A stretch of 64,000 bases of DNA, taken from assembly GCA_002320595.1 (NCBI GenBank), contig DCKB01000003.1, positions 8,106 through 72,105 of the forward strand, in the 5' to 3' direction. Source of the stretch: Christensenella sp. UBA1685. GTDB taxonomy: Bacteria; Bacillota; Clostridia; Christensenellales; CAG-138. The first letter of the stretch is position 1; each line of letters begins with the position of its first letter. The position numbers and the translations under genes were made by a program. Positions 46,262 through 55,981 of the stretch are shown piece by piece. The notes beneath the pieces are model-generated. The model saw only the letters and a list, made by a program, of their open reading frames with translations. It did no database searches and was not told the origin of the DNA.

Positions 46262-46314
46262 ATCAATCTTTCCTCTGTCTATTGCAAAAATCGTCTCTTC
46301 TCACCGCAGGCCAC

Positions 46315-48348
46315 TTATTTCTTGGGCGACTTGCGCGCTCTGCCGCGCGCCTTCTTTGCGCTGCCCGGCGTGCCGGGCGCAGGCTTTTTGACGGCAGCGC
46401 CGTCGCCTGTGAGCGCAAACAGCTCATCGCGCAGCTTGGCCGCAGCCTCGAAGTCCAGCTCTGCCGCAGCCTGGCGCATCTGCGTGCGCAGGATTTCAAT
46501 GCGTTCCTGACGTTCTGCTTCCGTCATGCCGCCTTCGTCCTGTTTCGCCTTGCGTGAAATTTCCAGCACGTTATGCACGGCTTTTTTCACGCTCCGGGGC
46601 GTGATGTTGTGTTCGATGTTGAACGCCTGCTGTTTTTCACGGCGGCGGTTGGTTTCTTCAATCGCGCGGCGCATGGAATCGGTGATCTCATCCGCATACA
46701 TAATAACCCGTCCGTCTACATTGCGCGCAGCGCGGCCCACGGTCTGGATGAGCGAAGTCGTGGAACGCAAAAAGCCTTCCTTATCCGCGTCCAAAATCGC
46801 CACGAGGCCGACCTCCGGCAGGTCAAGCCCTTCGCGCAGCAGGTTGATGCCCACAAGCACATCAAACTCGCCCAGGCGAAGATCCCGGATGATCTCCATA
46901 CGTTCGATTGTTTCAATGTCGGAATGCATATAACGCACGCGCACGCCCATGGAGTCCAAATATTCCGTAAGCGTTTCCGCCATGCGTTTTGTAAGCGTGG
47001 TGGCAAGCGTGCGGTATCCGCGCGCCGCCATCTGCTTCACCTCGCTCAAAAGATCGTCAATCTGGCCTTTTACGGGGCGCACGCTGATCTCCGGGTCAAT
47101 CAGGCCTGTTGGGCGGATGATCTGCTCCACCGTCTGGCTGGAAAGCCCCAGTTCATACTCCCCGGGCGTGGCAGAAACGCAGATCAGCTGGTTGATGCGC
47201 TTGCTGAACTCTTCAAAACGCAGCGGCCGGTTATCGAACGCCGCAGGCAGGCGAAAGCCGTATTCCACCAGGTTTTCCTTACGGGAACGATCCCCGCTGT
47301 ACATTCCACGCACCTGCGGCAGCGTCACGTGGGATTCATCCACAATCATGAGGAAATCCTTGGGAAAATAATCAAGCAGCGTAAACGGCGGCTGCCCGGG
47401 TTTGCGTCCGTCAAAATAGCGGGAATAGTTCTCAATGCCCTGGCAATAGCCTATTTCGCGCATCATTTCGATGTCGTACAGCGTTCGCTGTTCAATGCGC
47501 TGTGCCTCAAGAAGCTTGTCCACAGCCTTAAACTCGTCTACGCGCTTCCAAAGGTCGTTTTCAATCTCCCCGATTGCCGTCTCCAGCTTTTCCTTGCCGG
47601 TTGCATAATGCGATGCGGGGAACACGGCAACATGCGCGCGCTGAAGCAAAATCTCTCCGGTAAGCGGATTCACCTCGCTGATGCGCTCGATTTCATCCCC
47701 AAAAAATTCTACGCGCAGCACCCTGTCCGACCAGTTCACGGGGAAGATGTCCAGCACGTCCCCTTTGGCACGAAACGTCCCGCGTGAAAAATCGATCTCG
47801 TTGCGTTGGTATTGGATGTCTACAAGCCTGCGGATCACCTCATCCCGCTCGATCCGCATGCCCTCGCGCAGGGAAATCGAAAGCTTCAGGTATTCTTCCG
47901 GGTCTCCTAGAGCGTAAATACACGAAACAGAAGCCACAATAATCACATCCCGCCGCTCGTTCAGGGCGCAGGTGGCGCTGTGGCGCAGTTTGTCGATTTC
48001 ATCGTTGACTGTGGAAACTTTTTCGATATACGTATCCGAGGAGGCAATATACGCCTCCGGCTGATAATAGTCGTAATAGGAGACAAAATATTCAACCGCG
48101 CTGCCGGGAAAGAATTCCCGAAGCTCAGAGCAAAGCTGAGCGGCAAGCGTTTTGTTGTGCGCAATGACGAGCGTGGGCTTCTGCACACGTTCGATCACTT
48201 TTGCCATGGTAAAGGTTTTGCCGCTGCCGGTCACGCCCAGCAGCACCTGTGTTTTGTCGCCGCGCAGCACACCCGCCGCAAGCTTTTCTATGGCCTGCGG
48301 CTGATCGCCCTGCGGTTCAAACGGCGACACCACCTTGAATTCGTTCAT
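46315..48348 (-). CDS. uvrB: Excinuclease ABC subunit B
   Basis: [23 protein letters not shown]...[11 protein letters not shown]-terminal UVR domain [10 protein letters not shown]. An alternative TTG start at 48372 (SD GAGG 7 nt upstream) is possible. Confidence 0.9.
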   Translation of the reverse strand: MNEFKVVSPFEPQGDQPQAIEKLAAGVLRGDKTQVLLGVTGSGKTFTMAKVIERVQKPTLVIAHNKTLAAQLCSELREFFPGSAVEYFVSYYDYYQPEAYIASSDTYIEKVSTVNDEIDKLRHSATCALNERRDVIIVASVSCIYALGDPEEYLKLSISLREGMRIERDEVIRRLVDIQYQRNEIDFSRGTFRAKGDVLDIFPVNWSDRVLRVEFFGDEIERISEVNPLTGEILLQRAHVAVFPASHYATGKEKLETAIGEIENDLWKRVDEFKAVDKLLEAQRIEQRTLYDIEMMREIGYCQGIENYSRYFDGRKPGQPPFTLLDYFPKDFLMIVDESHVTLPQVRGMYSGDRSRKENLVEYGFRLPAAFDNRPLRFEEFSKRINQLICVSATPGEYELGLSSQTVEQIIRPTGLIDPEISVRPVKGQIDDLLSEVKQMAARGYRTLATTLTKRMAETLTEYLDSMGVRVRYMHSDIETIERMEIIRDLRLGEFDVLVGINLLREGLDLPEVGLVAILDADKEGFLRSTTSLIQTVGRAARNVDGRVIMYADEITDSMRRAIEETNRRREKQQAFNIEHNITPRSVKKAVHNVLEISRKAKQDEGGMTEAERQERIEILRTQMRQAAAELDFEAAAKLRDELFALTGDGAAVKKPAPGTPGSAKKARGRARKSPKK

Positions 48349-48567
48349 ACTGTCCGTTCCGTCTTTCCTCAATACGCGCCTCGTCTTATTCTACCAAATA
48401 ACACGCGGAAAGAAAACTCCGCACGTACATTTTCCCGATATTTTGTTTTGGTATTTCGTGGTTTCAGTGTGCGGAAGCAATTGGCGAGGCTTCCAAGCAT
48501 CTCATATTGTGCATCCCGGCAGCAAAATGATAGCATGTATATACACTGATTTAGGATGTGAAACAAT

Positions 48568-48741
48568 ATGGATGCCCTTTTTCTTCTCTATGTCGGCGCG
48601 ATCCCCGTTGTGCCCTTGATCGGCGCGGGAATTTTTAAACGCCGCAAGGATACCCGGCGGCGCAATGTGTGCTATGGGCTGTTCGCGCTGCAGCTGCTGC
48701 TAAGCATCGGCTGCGCGGCTGTGTATTTGCAGCAGCATTGA
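48568..48741 (+). CDS. Candidate 57-aa membrane mini-protein (below the ORF-track size cutoff)
   Basis: ATG...TGA ORF MDALFLLYVGAIPVVPLIGAGIFKRRKDTRRRNVCYGLFALQLLLSIGCAAVYLQQH. Two hydrophobic helices separated by a basic loop. Followed at once by a hairpin. No clear SD. Confidence 0.35.
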   Translation: MDALFLLYVGAIPVVPLIGAGIFKRRKDTRRRNVCYGLFALQLLLSIGCAAVYLQQH

Positions 48742-48743
48742 AA

Positions 48744-48765
48744 CGGGGCGGTTTTCACCGCCCCG
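48744..48765. terminator. Hairpin between the mini-ORF and coaX (convergent)
   Basis: cggggcgg-ttttca-ccgccccg. Short U-tract on the minus strand (TTTCAA). Confidence 0.45.
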
Positions 48766-48771
48766 CCAAAG

Positions 48772-49539
48772 TTACTTGTTCATACGGTAGATAAAGTTGA
48801 GGCCTTCAAGCGTAAGCGTCGGGTTAAGCACATCGATACAATCCGTTTCGGCAGCGATCATGGAGGACATACCGCCCGTTGCGACCACCGTGGGCGGTGC
48901 GCTCAGTTCCTTTTCCATCTGCCGCACGATGTTTTCCACAAACCCAACATACCCATTGATGATGCCGGACTGGATGCCATCCTTCGTGTTTTTGCAAATG
49001 GCATGATCCGGCTTGATGTATTCGACCTTGTGCAGCATGGCTGCCTTTTCAACCAACGCATCCGTGGAAACGATGATGCCCGGCCCAATCGCGCCGCCGA
49101 GAAATGCGCCGTCCTCAGATACGACGGAAAATGTGGTTGCCGTACCGAAATCAATAATCACAACCGGGCCGCCATAGCTGCGGTACGCCGCAACGGCATT
49201 GCAGATGCGGTCCGCACCCAATAATTCAGGGTAATCATACCAGATATCCAGCCCTAGTTCCAGGGAAGAACTTACCATCATCGGCTGTTGTCCGAAGAAA
49301 TAAAGCTGGCACATGTGCTCGATGGTGTAGTTGATCGACGGCACAACCGAGGAGACGATGATGCCGCACACATCCCGCGTTGAAAGGCCGAGATGCCCGA
49401 AAAACGACTCCATCTGCACGCCCAGTTCATCCGAGGTGCGGTGAAGATCCGTCGTCATGCGCCAGGAATTGAGCAGCCTGCCGTCCTTATAAATGCCGGT
49501 TTTGATGTTCGTGTTGCCGATGTCCATCGCAAGGAGCAT
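48772..49539 (-). CDS. coaX: Type III pantothenate kinase
   Basis: 255 aa, MLLAMDIGNTNIKTGIY and IDFGTATTF motifs. Confidence 0.9.
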   Translation of the reverse strand: MLLAMDIGNTNIKTGIYKDGRLLNSWRMTTDLHRTSDELGVQMESFFGHLGLSTRDVCGIIVSSVVPSINYTIEHMCQLYFFGQQPMMVSSSLELGLDIWYDYPELLGADRICNAVAAYRSYGGPVVIIDFGTATTFSVVSEDGAFLGGAIGPGIIVSTDALVEKAAMLHKVEYIKPDHAICKNTKDGIQSGIINGYVGFVENIVRQMEKELSAPPTVVATGGMSSMIAAETDCIDVLNPTLTLEGLNFIYRMNK

Positions 49540-49575
49540 AATGATGTTCCCTCACTTATTTTTTACAGCAGTGGA

Positions 49576-50196
49576 TCAGGCGGTGCGCCGTTTCATGTAG
49601 CTTTGCAGCGCCTTGCCCGCCGCCGTGCAGATCAGAACTGCCGCCACGGCTTCAATTCCGCCGTTTACCAGGCCGGTCGTTGCAAAAAGAATCGCCGCCA
49701 CCCCTGCGACATCCGTTCCGAACGCTTGCGCAACCAGCGGCGCCGCAAGCAGATACAGGATGCCAAGGAACAGCACGGTGTTGGTAAGCGAACCTGCGGC
49801 GGATGCCACCATCATGCCAAGCACGTTTTTCTTTGGGGTAAGCACGCGGTACAGGAGTGCGCTCACAAACCCGACAAGGATGCGTGGAAGGAAGAGCACT
49901 GCAAGAACAAGAAGCAGATTGTACAGTCCAAAGCCCGTATCCGCTCCCAACATGATCATGGAAAGCGGTGTGGGAACCAGCAGAGCCCGCAGCAGGCTGG
50001 AAAGCCCGAAGAAAAACCCCAGAACCAAACCGCCGCGCAAGCCGAGGAAAAAGCTTCCGAGGATCACGGGGATGTGGATCAGTGTAATTTCGATTGGTCC
50101 CGCGGTGATATACCCGATCGGAGTAAGCGCAAGCACAAAAATCATTCCGACAAACAGCGCGTAAAGAACCAGCGTATGAACTTTATTGCGTTCCAT
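49576..50196 (-). CDS. ECF transporter S component (possibly pantothenate-specific, given adjacency to coaX)
   Basis: Start at MERNKVHTLVLYALFVGMIFVLALTPIGYI (SD AGGAGGG 7 nt upstream). About 6 TM helices typical of ECF substrate-capture subunits. The specificity is an inference only. Confidence 0.7.
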   Translation of the reverse strand: MERNKVHTLVLYALFVGMIFVLALTPIGYITAGPIEITLIHIPVILGSFFLGLRGGLVLGFFFGLSSLLRALLVPTPLSMIMLGADTGFGLYNLLLVLAVLFLPRILVGFVSALLYRVLTPKKNVLGMMVASAAGSLTNTVLFLGILYLLAAPLVAQAFGTDVAGVAAILFATTGLVNGGIEAVAAVLICTAAGKALQSYMKRRTA

Positions 50197-50261
50197 TCTA
50201 TCGCCCTCCTGCGAAGTGTTCTTCTGCAAACCGCTTTGTTACAGCCGTCCGCTGAAAGCAT

Positions 50262-50290
50262 ATTATACCTTTATTTTTGCGCACACGCAA
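50262..50290 (-). promoter_or_regulatory. Sigma-A-type promoter for the ECF S component/coaX (-35 TTGCGT, 17 nt, -10 TATAAT)
   Basis: Minus strand reads TTGCGTgtgcgcaaaaataaaggTATAAT. The leader is about 60 nt, too short for a riboswitch. Confidence 0.5.
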
Positions 50291-50490
50291 CCCTGCGCGA
50301 GCGTTTTTCATGCCCATTTGCCAACCTGTTTCCGAAGTGTTAATTTTCTGTTTGTGCGCCTCTTCCTCCCACAATGCCCTTTACATCCCCCCTGCCGCGC
50401 GATTATAATAGAACAGAAAGCGGCACGCTGCGCGCTCCCGCGACTGATTTCGAACAGAATTATTTTTAATATAATGAGGTAACCGGCAAA

Positions 50491-52065
50491 ATGGCTGAAA
50501 TTGCAACCGAAAACAAAGCGCCTTCCAGCGGAAAAAAGCTGAAAGTCTGGCTGATTGTGCTCGCAGCCGTGCTCATCGTAGGCGGTGTCGTCCTTTTTCT
50601 CAAGATTAAAAGCGACAGGGATGAAGCTCTGCGCCAAAGCATCATCGGTTCCGGAACATTTCACCCCGGCATCACCGTTGCGGGCGTAGATGTTTCGGGC
50701 ATGACGCCTGATGAAGCGGCGGAAGCGCTCAAAGAGGCTGAACAATCGTTGGTTCAGGATGTTTCGTTCCGCATAACCGACGGCGAGCACACCTATACCT
50801 TCGATCAGCCTCATTTCGACATCGCGTTTGATACCGAGGCCATTTTGGCCGAAGCAATGGCGCTTGGCCGCGAGGGCGATTTGGATTCATTGCAGGCTGA
50901 GCTTGCGGACATTGCGGAAAATGGGCGCAGCTTTGACCTTTCCTATACCGCCGTGCCGCGCGACGCAGGGAGCTTTGTTGCGGAAATGGCAGCCGAACTC
51001 GATATGCCCGCCACAGACGCGACATTCAGCGTAAAGCAGCTTGAATTGAACGAAGATACCGAAGCGCTTGATGTGGTGAATATCGGTTTTACCGAAGAAG
51101 AGCTTGCCGCAGGTGCGGATTTGCGTGATAAACGTTTTGATTTCACTGAAGGCACAGAAGGCCGCTCCTTGGATCAGGGAGCGCTTGTGGCAGTTATCCG
51201 GGAACGTGCCGAAGCACGGGAATACGGCGAAATCACTTTCGAGCTTCAGCCGCTCTATCCCTCCGTTACCGTCGCCACGCTCAAGCAGTCCCTCGTGTTG
51301 CGTTCAAGCGCATGGACCAGCTACGCAAAGGGCAACTACGGCCGTGCAACCCGCGTTCACAACATGACGAAAGCCTGTGGGTTGATCTACGGCACGGTGC
51401 TGCAGCCGGGCGACGTTCTCTCCTGCAACGATCTGCTCGGACCCCGCTATGAAAAATATGGTTGGCAAATGGCCCCCGCAGTCATTGAAGGCGGTGCTGC
51501 CACAGAGGATCAGCCTGGCGGCGGCGTATGTCAGGTTTCCACGACGATGTATAACGCTGTGTTGATGGGAGATTATCAAATCGTCTACCGCCAGGCGCAT
51601 TCAAGCCGTCTGAGCTATGTGAAGGGCGGTCTGGATGCAACCATCAACACGGGCACAATTGATTTCAAGTGGAGCAACAACACAGAGGCCCCGATTTACG
51701 TATTTACCTGGATCGACAAAAATGAAAAGAAAATCTGGTGCGAGATTTACGGTCTTCCGTTCTCCGGTGATTTTGACGAAATTGAGCTGTATTCCGACGA
51801 GCAGGAACCGATCCAGCCCACCGCGGACGAATTCATCCCCAACGCTTCCCTCACCTACCCCTACTGGATGGTAAAGAATGCGGCCAAGAAAGGCTATGTT
51901 TACGATACCTATAAGATTTACAAAATGGCGGGTGCAGAGGTGCGCCGTGAAAAGATAACCACAACAACGTATAAGATGCATCCAAACCGCTATTTTGTCT
52001 GGCCGGGCTATGTTCCGGGCACTCCGCTGCTTCCGGGATACAAATTGACTCCAGTCGTCGAATAA
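50491..52065 (+). CDS. VanW family protein with N-terminal signal anchor
   Basis: 524 aa. TM LKVWLIVLAAVLIVGGVVLFL. VanW core GGGVCQVSTTMYNAVLMGDYQIVYRQAHS. Confidence 0.85.
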   Translation: MAEIATENKAPSSGKKLKVWLIVLAAVLIVGGVVLFLKIKSDRDEALRQSIIGSGTFHPGITVAGVDVSGMTPDEAAEALKEAEQSLVQDVSFRITDGEHTYTFDQPHFDIAFDTEAILAEAMALGREGDLDSLQAELADIAENGRSFDLSYTAVPRDAGSFVAEMAAELDMPATDATFSVKQLELNEDTEALDVVNIGFTEEELAAGADLRDKRFDFTEGTEGRSLDQGALVAVIRERAEAREYGEITFELQPLYPSVTVATLKQSLVLRSSAWTSYAKGNYGRATRVHNMTKACGLIYGTVLQPGDVLSCNDLLGPRYEKYGWQMAPAVIEGGAATEDQPGGGVCQVSTTMYNAVLMGDYQIVYRQAHSSRLSYVKGGLDATINTGTIDFKWSNNTEAPIYVFTWIDKNEKKIWCEIYGLPFSGDFDEIELYSDEQEPIQPTADEFIPNASLTYPYWMVKNAAKKGYVYDTYKIYKMAGAEVRREKITTTTYKMHPNRYFVWPGYVPGTPLLPGYKLTPVVE

Positions 52066-52073
52066 GGCACTGC

Positions 52074-52103
52074 AAAACGGGACATTTCAGTCCCGTTTTT
52101 TTT
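52074..52103 (+). terminator. Rho-independent terminator after the VanW gene
   Basis: aaaacgggac-atttca-gtcccgtttt followed by TTTT. Confidence 0.85.
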
Positions 52104-52130
52104 GTCAATTTATTTCGGATGTGCTATAAT
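52102..52130 (+). promoter_or_regulatory. Promoter for the yegP-like bicistron (-35 TTGTCA, extended -10 TGcTATAAT)
   Basis: TTGTCAatttatttcggatgTGcTATAAT, about 40 nt upstream of the ATG at 52172. Confidence 0.55.
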
Positions 52131-52171
52131 ATTGAAAACCACCTTAAAATCAACAGAAAGCAGGTGCACTC

Positions 52172-52546
52172 ATGGGAAAATTCCTTGTAAAGCAAACAAA
52201 ATCCGGCTTTAAGTTCGACCTTAAGGCCGGCAATGGCGAAACCATTGCAACCTCTGAAGTTTACACTACCGAAGCTGCATGTATGAACGGTGTGGAGAGC
52301 GTGCGCAAGAACGCACCCGCCGCAAATGTTGAGGATCAAACCGTAGAAGGCTTCACGGCAGCCACCCATCCAAAATTTGAGGTATATGCGGACAAGGCGG
52401 GTGAATTCCGCTTCCGTCTGAAGGCGCGCAACGGCGAGATCATCGCGGTTTCGGAAGGTTACAAAGCAAAGGCCAGTTGCCAGAACGGTATCGAGAGCGT
52501 GCGCAAGAACGCCTCTGATGCAGAGGTTATAAAGGAAGAGGCGTAA
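52172..52546 (+). CDS. YegP family protein (tandem DUF1508)
   Basis: 124 aa with two copies of the F.L+A.NGE.IA.SE.Y....A...GIESV+KNA repeat. Confidence 0.85.
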   Translation: MGKFLVKQTKSGFKFDLKAGNGETIATSEVYTTEAACMNGVESVRKNAPAANVEDQTVEGFTAATHPKFEVYADKAGEFRFRLKARNGEIIAVSEGYKAKASCQNGIESVRKNASDAEVIKEEA

Positions 52547-52552
52547 CACGAA

Positions 52553-52804
52553 ATGGATCTGAAAAAACTGGATTTGGGAAATGCCCTTGAAAAGGCTGAA
52601 GAGCTTGCAAAGAAAATCGGCGCGGATAAAACCCTGCTTGCAAGTTTCACCAAGGAACCTGTAAAAACGCTTGAAACCAAATTTGGGGTTGATCTGCCGG
52701 ATGAACAGATCAACAAGCTGGTGGATGCCATCAAAGCCAAGCTGAACCTTGATAAGGCAGGCGATTTGCTTGGCGGCATCGGCAAGCTGTTTGACAAGCG
52801 CTAA
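52553..52804 (+). CDS. Hypothetical small helical K/L/D-rich protein (83 aa)
   Basis: ORF begins 6 nt after the yegP-like stop. MDLKKLDLGNALEKAEELAKKIGADK...GGIGKLFDKR. No motif recognised. Confidence 0.55.
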   Translation: MDLKKLDLGNALEKAEELAKKIGADKTLLASFTKEPVKTLETKFGVDLPDEQINKLVDAIKAKLNLDKAGDLLGGIGKLFDKR

Positions 52805-52820
52805 CTAAACCAAATGACTG

Positions 52821-52847
52821 GGCGCGCCCTGAGGCGCGCCTTTTTTT
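52821..52847. terminator. Rho-independent terminator
   Basis: GGCGCGCC-ctga-GGCGCGCC followed by TTTTTTT. Confidence 0.85.
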
Positions 52848-53229
52848 ATTTTTCTTTTATCTCCCGCTGTGCCTTCTTTGTCAGCTTTGCAAACACCAAC
52901 TCATAGGACATATCGCACATGGCGCGCAGCGTTTCTTCGGGCACGGCGCCATCCAGATACACGCTGTTCCATGTGCGCTTATCCGAATAAAAACCCGGCA
53001 CCACATCCGCATATTGTTGGCGAAACAGCTCAGCGAGCATGGGATCGCACTTGAGCAGCACCATCGTCCGCCCGGCATGGGGTTTGTACGCCTCGCCCGG
53101 CGTGCACACAGCCGCAAACTGCTTTCCGCCTACAAGGTAGCGCAGCCATCCCCATTCAGCCTTGAACTCGCTTGCCGCCCCCGGCTTGCTCAAAAGATAC
53201 CCATCCAACCATTCATAATTGTTTTTCAT
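52846..53229 (-). CDS. MmcQ/YjbR family protein
   Basis: About 127 aa, [18 protein letters not shown]...WNSVYLDG pattern of the YjbR family. Its start overlaps the ABC ATPase stop (TGATG). Confidence 0.75.
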   Translation of the reverse strand: MKNNYEWLDGYLLSKPGAASEFKAEWGWLRYLVGGKQFAAVCTPGEAYKPHAGRTMVLLKCDPMLAELFRQQYADVVPGFYSDKRTWNSVYLDGAVPEETLRAMCDMSYELVFAKLTKKAQREIKEK

Positions 53230-53969
53230 CACAACACCTTTGCAAGGAAGTTCTTCAGGCGTTCGCTCTTGGGATGATCGAACAGTTCCTGCGGTGTATT
53301 CTGCTCCACAATGCGCCCGCCATCCATGAACAGCACGCGGGATGCAACCTCGCGCGCAAACCCCATTTCGTGCGTTACCACAACCATGGTCATTCCATCC
53401 CGCGCAAGGCCGCGCATTACTTCCAACACTTCGCCCACCATCTCCGGGTCAAGCGCGCTCGTCGGCTCATCAAAAAGCATCACATCCGGCTTCATCGCAA
53501 GCGCACGCACAATGGCGATACGCTGTTTCTGCCCCCCGGATAGCTGCACGGGATATGCGTTTGCGCGGTCGGCAAGCCCCACGCGCGTAAGCAGCGCCAT
53601 AGCGCGCTCGTTCGCCTCCGCCTCGCTGAGTTTTTGCAGCTTCATGGGCGCAAGCGTAAGGTTTTTGAGAATCGTCATATGCGGGAACAGGTTAAACTGC
53701 TGAAACACCATTCCCATCTTTTGCCGGAGCTTGTTGATGTCCGTCTTGGGATCGGTTATATCCACGCCTTCCATCAGAACATGGCCTTCGGTTGGGACTT
53801 CAAGCAGGTTCAGCGAACGCAAGAACGTGGATTTGCCCGATCCGGATGGGCCTATTACCGCCACGACCTCGCCTTCATAGATGGTTTCCGTAATATCATC
53901 GAGCGCATGCACCTTGCCAAAATATTTTTTCAGCCCTTGAACTTCGATCAGCGGATTACCTTGTGCCAT
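53229..53969 (-). CDS. Amino acid ABC transporter ATP-binding protein (GlnQ-like)
   Basis: 246 aa, Walker [10 protein letters not shown], signature LSGGQKQR, Walker [12 protein letters not shown]. Confidence 0.9.
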   Translation of the reverse strand: MAQGNPLIEVQGLKKYFGKVHALDDITETIYEGEVVAVIGPSGSGKSTFLRSLNLLEVPTEGHVLMEGVDITDPKTDINKLRQKMGMVFQQFNLFPHMTILKNLTLAPMKLQKLSEAEANERAMALLTRVGLADRANAYPVQLSGGQKQRIAIVRALAMKPDVMLFDEPTSALDPEMVGEVLEVMRGLARDGMTMVVVTHEMGFAREVASRVLFMDGGRIVEQNTPQELFDHPKSERLKNFLAKVL

Positions 53970-54705
53970 TACGAAGCCTCCTTTCCAGCCTGGATACGCC
54001 CGCCGAAAGCACCACTACCATAATAAGGTAAACCAGCGCCACAGCAATCAGCGGCATGAATGCCGCAAACGTGCGGCTGCGGATAATGTCGCCCGCTTTT
54101 GTGAGATCCATCAGGCCGATGTAGCCGGAAACGGAGGTTTCCTTTAAAAGCGTGATGAATTCGTTGGCAAGCGCGGGCAAAACGTTTTTGAATGCCTGCG
54201 GCATCACAATGTGCCACATTGTCTGCCCATAGTTAAAGCCAAGGCTTCGCCCCGCTTCAAACTGCCCTTCGTCAATGCTCATGATGCCGGAGCGGAACAC
54301 CTCCGCAACATAGGCTGCGGAGTTCAGCCCGAATGCGATGATCGCCACCAGCACCGTATCCACAAAAACGGAGGAAAAGATTACAAAATTGATGATAAGC
54401 AATTGCACGACCACCGGCGTGCCGCGGATGACGGTAATATACAGCTTTGCGAGCCAATTTAAAAAGCGCAGCCTGCCGGTTTTATCCGCCGTGGTGCGGA
54501 TGATGGCAAGCAGAGCGCCCAGGATAATGCCGGCAATCGCTGCAAACAGCGCGACTTCAAGCGTAACGCCCAGGCCACGCACCAAGTACTTCCAGCGATC
54601 CTCCTTAATGAAGTTCAGGTAAAAATCCGCACACAAGCTGGTCCACGTGTTTTGCAGCCATGCAAGGACGGTATCAAAAAATGTGCCGATGTCGATCGCT
54701 ACCAT
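53956..54705 (-). CDS. Amino acid ABC transporter permease (HisM/GlnP-like)
   Basis: 249 aa polytopic. [22 protein letters not shown] is the EAA loop of polar amino-acid permeases. Confidence 0.9.
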   Translation of the reverse strand: MVAIDIGTFFDTVLAWLQNTWTSLCADFYLNFIKEDRWKYLVRGLGVTLEVALFAAIAGIILGALLAIIRTTADKTGRLRFLNWLAKLYITVIRGTPVVVQLLIINFVIFSSVFVDTVLVAIIAFGLNSAAYVAEVFRSGIMSIDEGQFEAGRSLGFNYGQTMWHIVMPQAFKNVLPALANEFITLLKETSVSGYIGLMDLTKAGDIIRSRTFAAFMPLIAVALVYLIMVVVLSAGVSRLERRLRNGTR

Positions 54706-54773
54706 GCTTCCTCCTTATTCCAGTTTTTCGTTTTCATTGCAGCGGGAAGGGATGTGATGCGTTTAAGGCAACC

Positions 54774-54802
54774 ATGCCGCAGGCAGGAACTGCCCGCGGC
54801 AT
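54774..54802 (-). promoter_or_regulatory. Intercistronic hairpin between the binding-protein gene and the permease gene
   Basis: atgccgc(a)ggcag-gaac-tgcc(c)gcggcat is an imperfect 12-bp stem in the 158-nt gap. A possible partial terminator or mRNA-stability element. Confidence 0.35.
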
Positions 54803-54863
54803 ATGGGTTTCACTGTCATTTTATTATACGGGATATATCGCGCTCCCCGCAAGGGATTTGGCT

Positions 54864-55673
54864 TTATTTTGCACGCACAATGATGACCTGTTCGGAGGTT
54901 GTATACGGCTCGGTGAAGTTCACATACTGCAAGCGGTCCTCATCCACCGTAAGCCCGGCCACGCCGATGTCCGCCTTGCCCGTCTGCACGGAGGTTACGA
55001 TGGAGTCAAACGCAATGTCCTGCACCTCAAGCTCCATCTTGAGAAGATCCGCAATGGCCTGCGCCATGTCGATGTCGATGCCTACAATCTTGCCTTCGCC
55101 GCCTTCATAGTACTCATACGGCGGGAACGTAGCTTCCGTAACCATCACGAGCTTGCCGTTTGAATAATCCGTGTTGCTGGAAACATAGGGCATTGTTCCC
55201 TTCACGTCATCTTCACCGATGTAGTTGGCGATGATGTTGGCAAGCGTACCGTTCTCCTTCAGGGTCGCAAGCGCATCGTTGATCTTGTCCAGAAGCTCCG
55301 TGTTCTCCTTTGCAACGCAGATGGCATAATCCTCCGGCGCGAAGGAACCGGCAATCACCTGCAGGTCCTCGTTGGCTTCAACATAATACTTTGCAGGCTG
55401 TTCGTCAAGGATGATGCAATCCAGTTTGCCCTGCTTGAGCGCCTGCACCGCATCGTTGGTTTTCGTGAAGCGTTCCACCTTTGTTTCGCCATCCGTTTCA
55501 TAATCGGAAGCGTAAACGATGTCACCCGTTGTGCCGAGTTGCACGCCGATGGTTTTGCCCGGAATATCGTCCGCGCTGAATACGGTGTTCGCAGGCACGG
55601 TGGAGCAGCCCGCAGCCATAAGCAGCATCGCCGCCGCACAAAGCAGGCTCAGCATGAGTTTGATCAATTTCAT
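54864..55673 (-). CDS. Amino acid ABC transporter substrate-binding lipoprotein
   Basis: Start at MKLIKLMLSLLCAAAMLLMAAGCS (SD GGAGGA 7 nt upstream). Lipobox MAAGCS. Family 3 SBP fold motifs. Confidence 0.9.
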   Translation of the reverse strand: MKLIKLMLSLLCAAAMLLMAAGCSTVPANTVFSADDIPGKTIGVQLGTTGDIVYASDYETDGETKVERFTKTNDAVQALKQGKLDCIILDEQPAKYYVEANEDLQVIAGSFAPEDYAICVAKENTELLDKINDALATLKENGTLANIIANYIGEDDVKGTMPYVSSNTDYSNGKLVMVTEATFPPYEYYEGGEGKIVGIDIDMAQAIADLLKMELEVQDIAFDSIVTSVQTGKADIGVAGLTVDEDRLQYVNFTEPYTTSEQVIIVRAK

Positions 55674-55712
55674 ATGTTTTTCCTCCAAATTGTTGTTTCT
55701 GTTGTACAGCGA

Positions 55713-55741
55713 ATTATACTATTTCACCGCACGGAACGCAA
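55713..55741 (-). promoter_or_regulatory. Sigma-A-type promoter of the ABC operon (-35 TTGCGT, 17 nt, -10 TATAAT)
   Basis: Minus strand reads TTGCGTtccgtgcggtgaaatagTATAAT. Confidence 0.5.
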
Positions 55742-55935
55742 GGGGTTTTGCAATTTTTTATGCTTAATTTTTGACTATATATTCTTATCTCCCTGTGTTT
55801 TCGGCACATTTCGTGGTATATAGATGAATTTTTATAATGCGCATGTGTCTTTATTCATTTTGCAGCATGTATTTTTTCATGGCAGCACTGAAACAAGCTT
55901 CCTTGCGTTCAAAACGAGCTTCGCATAATATGCAC

Positions 55936-55971
55936 AAAAGAAGAGAGGCCGCCATGCGCCCCTCTTCTTTT
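55936..55971. terminator. Terminator hairpin after the histidine kinase gene
   Basis: aaaagaagagagg...cctcttctttt is an imperfect long stem with A/T-run flanks. Confidence 0.55.
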
Positions 55972-55981
55972 GCTCTCCGGC

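Noticed and set aside
46573-47787. 404-aa plus-strand ORF
   Set aside because: Antisense to uvrB.
48349-48567. Possible LexA/DinR SOS box upstream of uvrB
   Set aside because: I could not find a CGAAC-N4-GTTCG-like palindrome. The GTTC repeats near 48340-48370 are direct repeats, not inverted, and lie in the coding start.
50197-50290. Possible riboswitch ahead of the ECF S component, and likewise ahead of the ABC binding-protein gene (55674-55712)
   Set aside because: The distance from the predicted -10 to the start codon is only about 40-65 nt, with no conserved riboswitch core visible. This is too short for T-box or known vitamin riboswitches.
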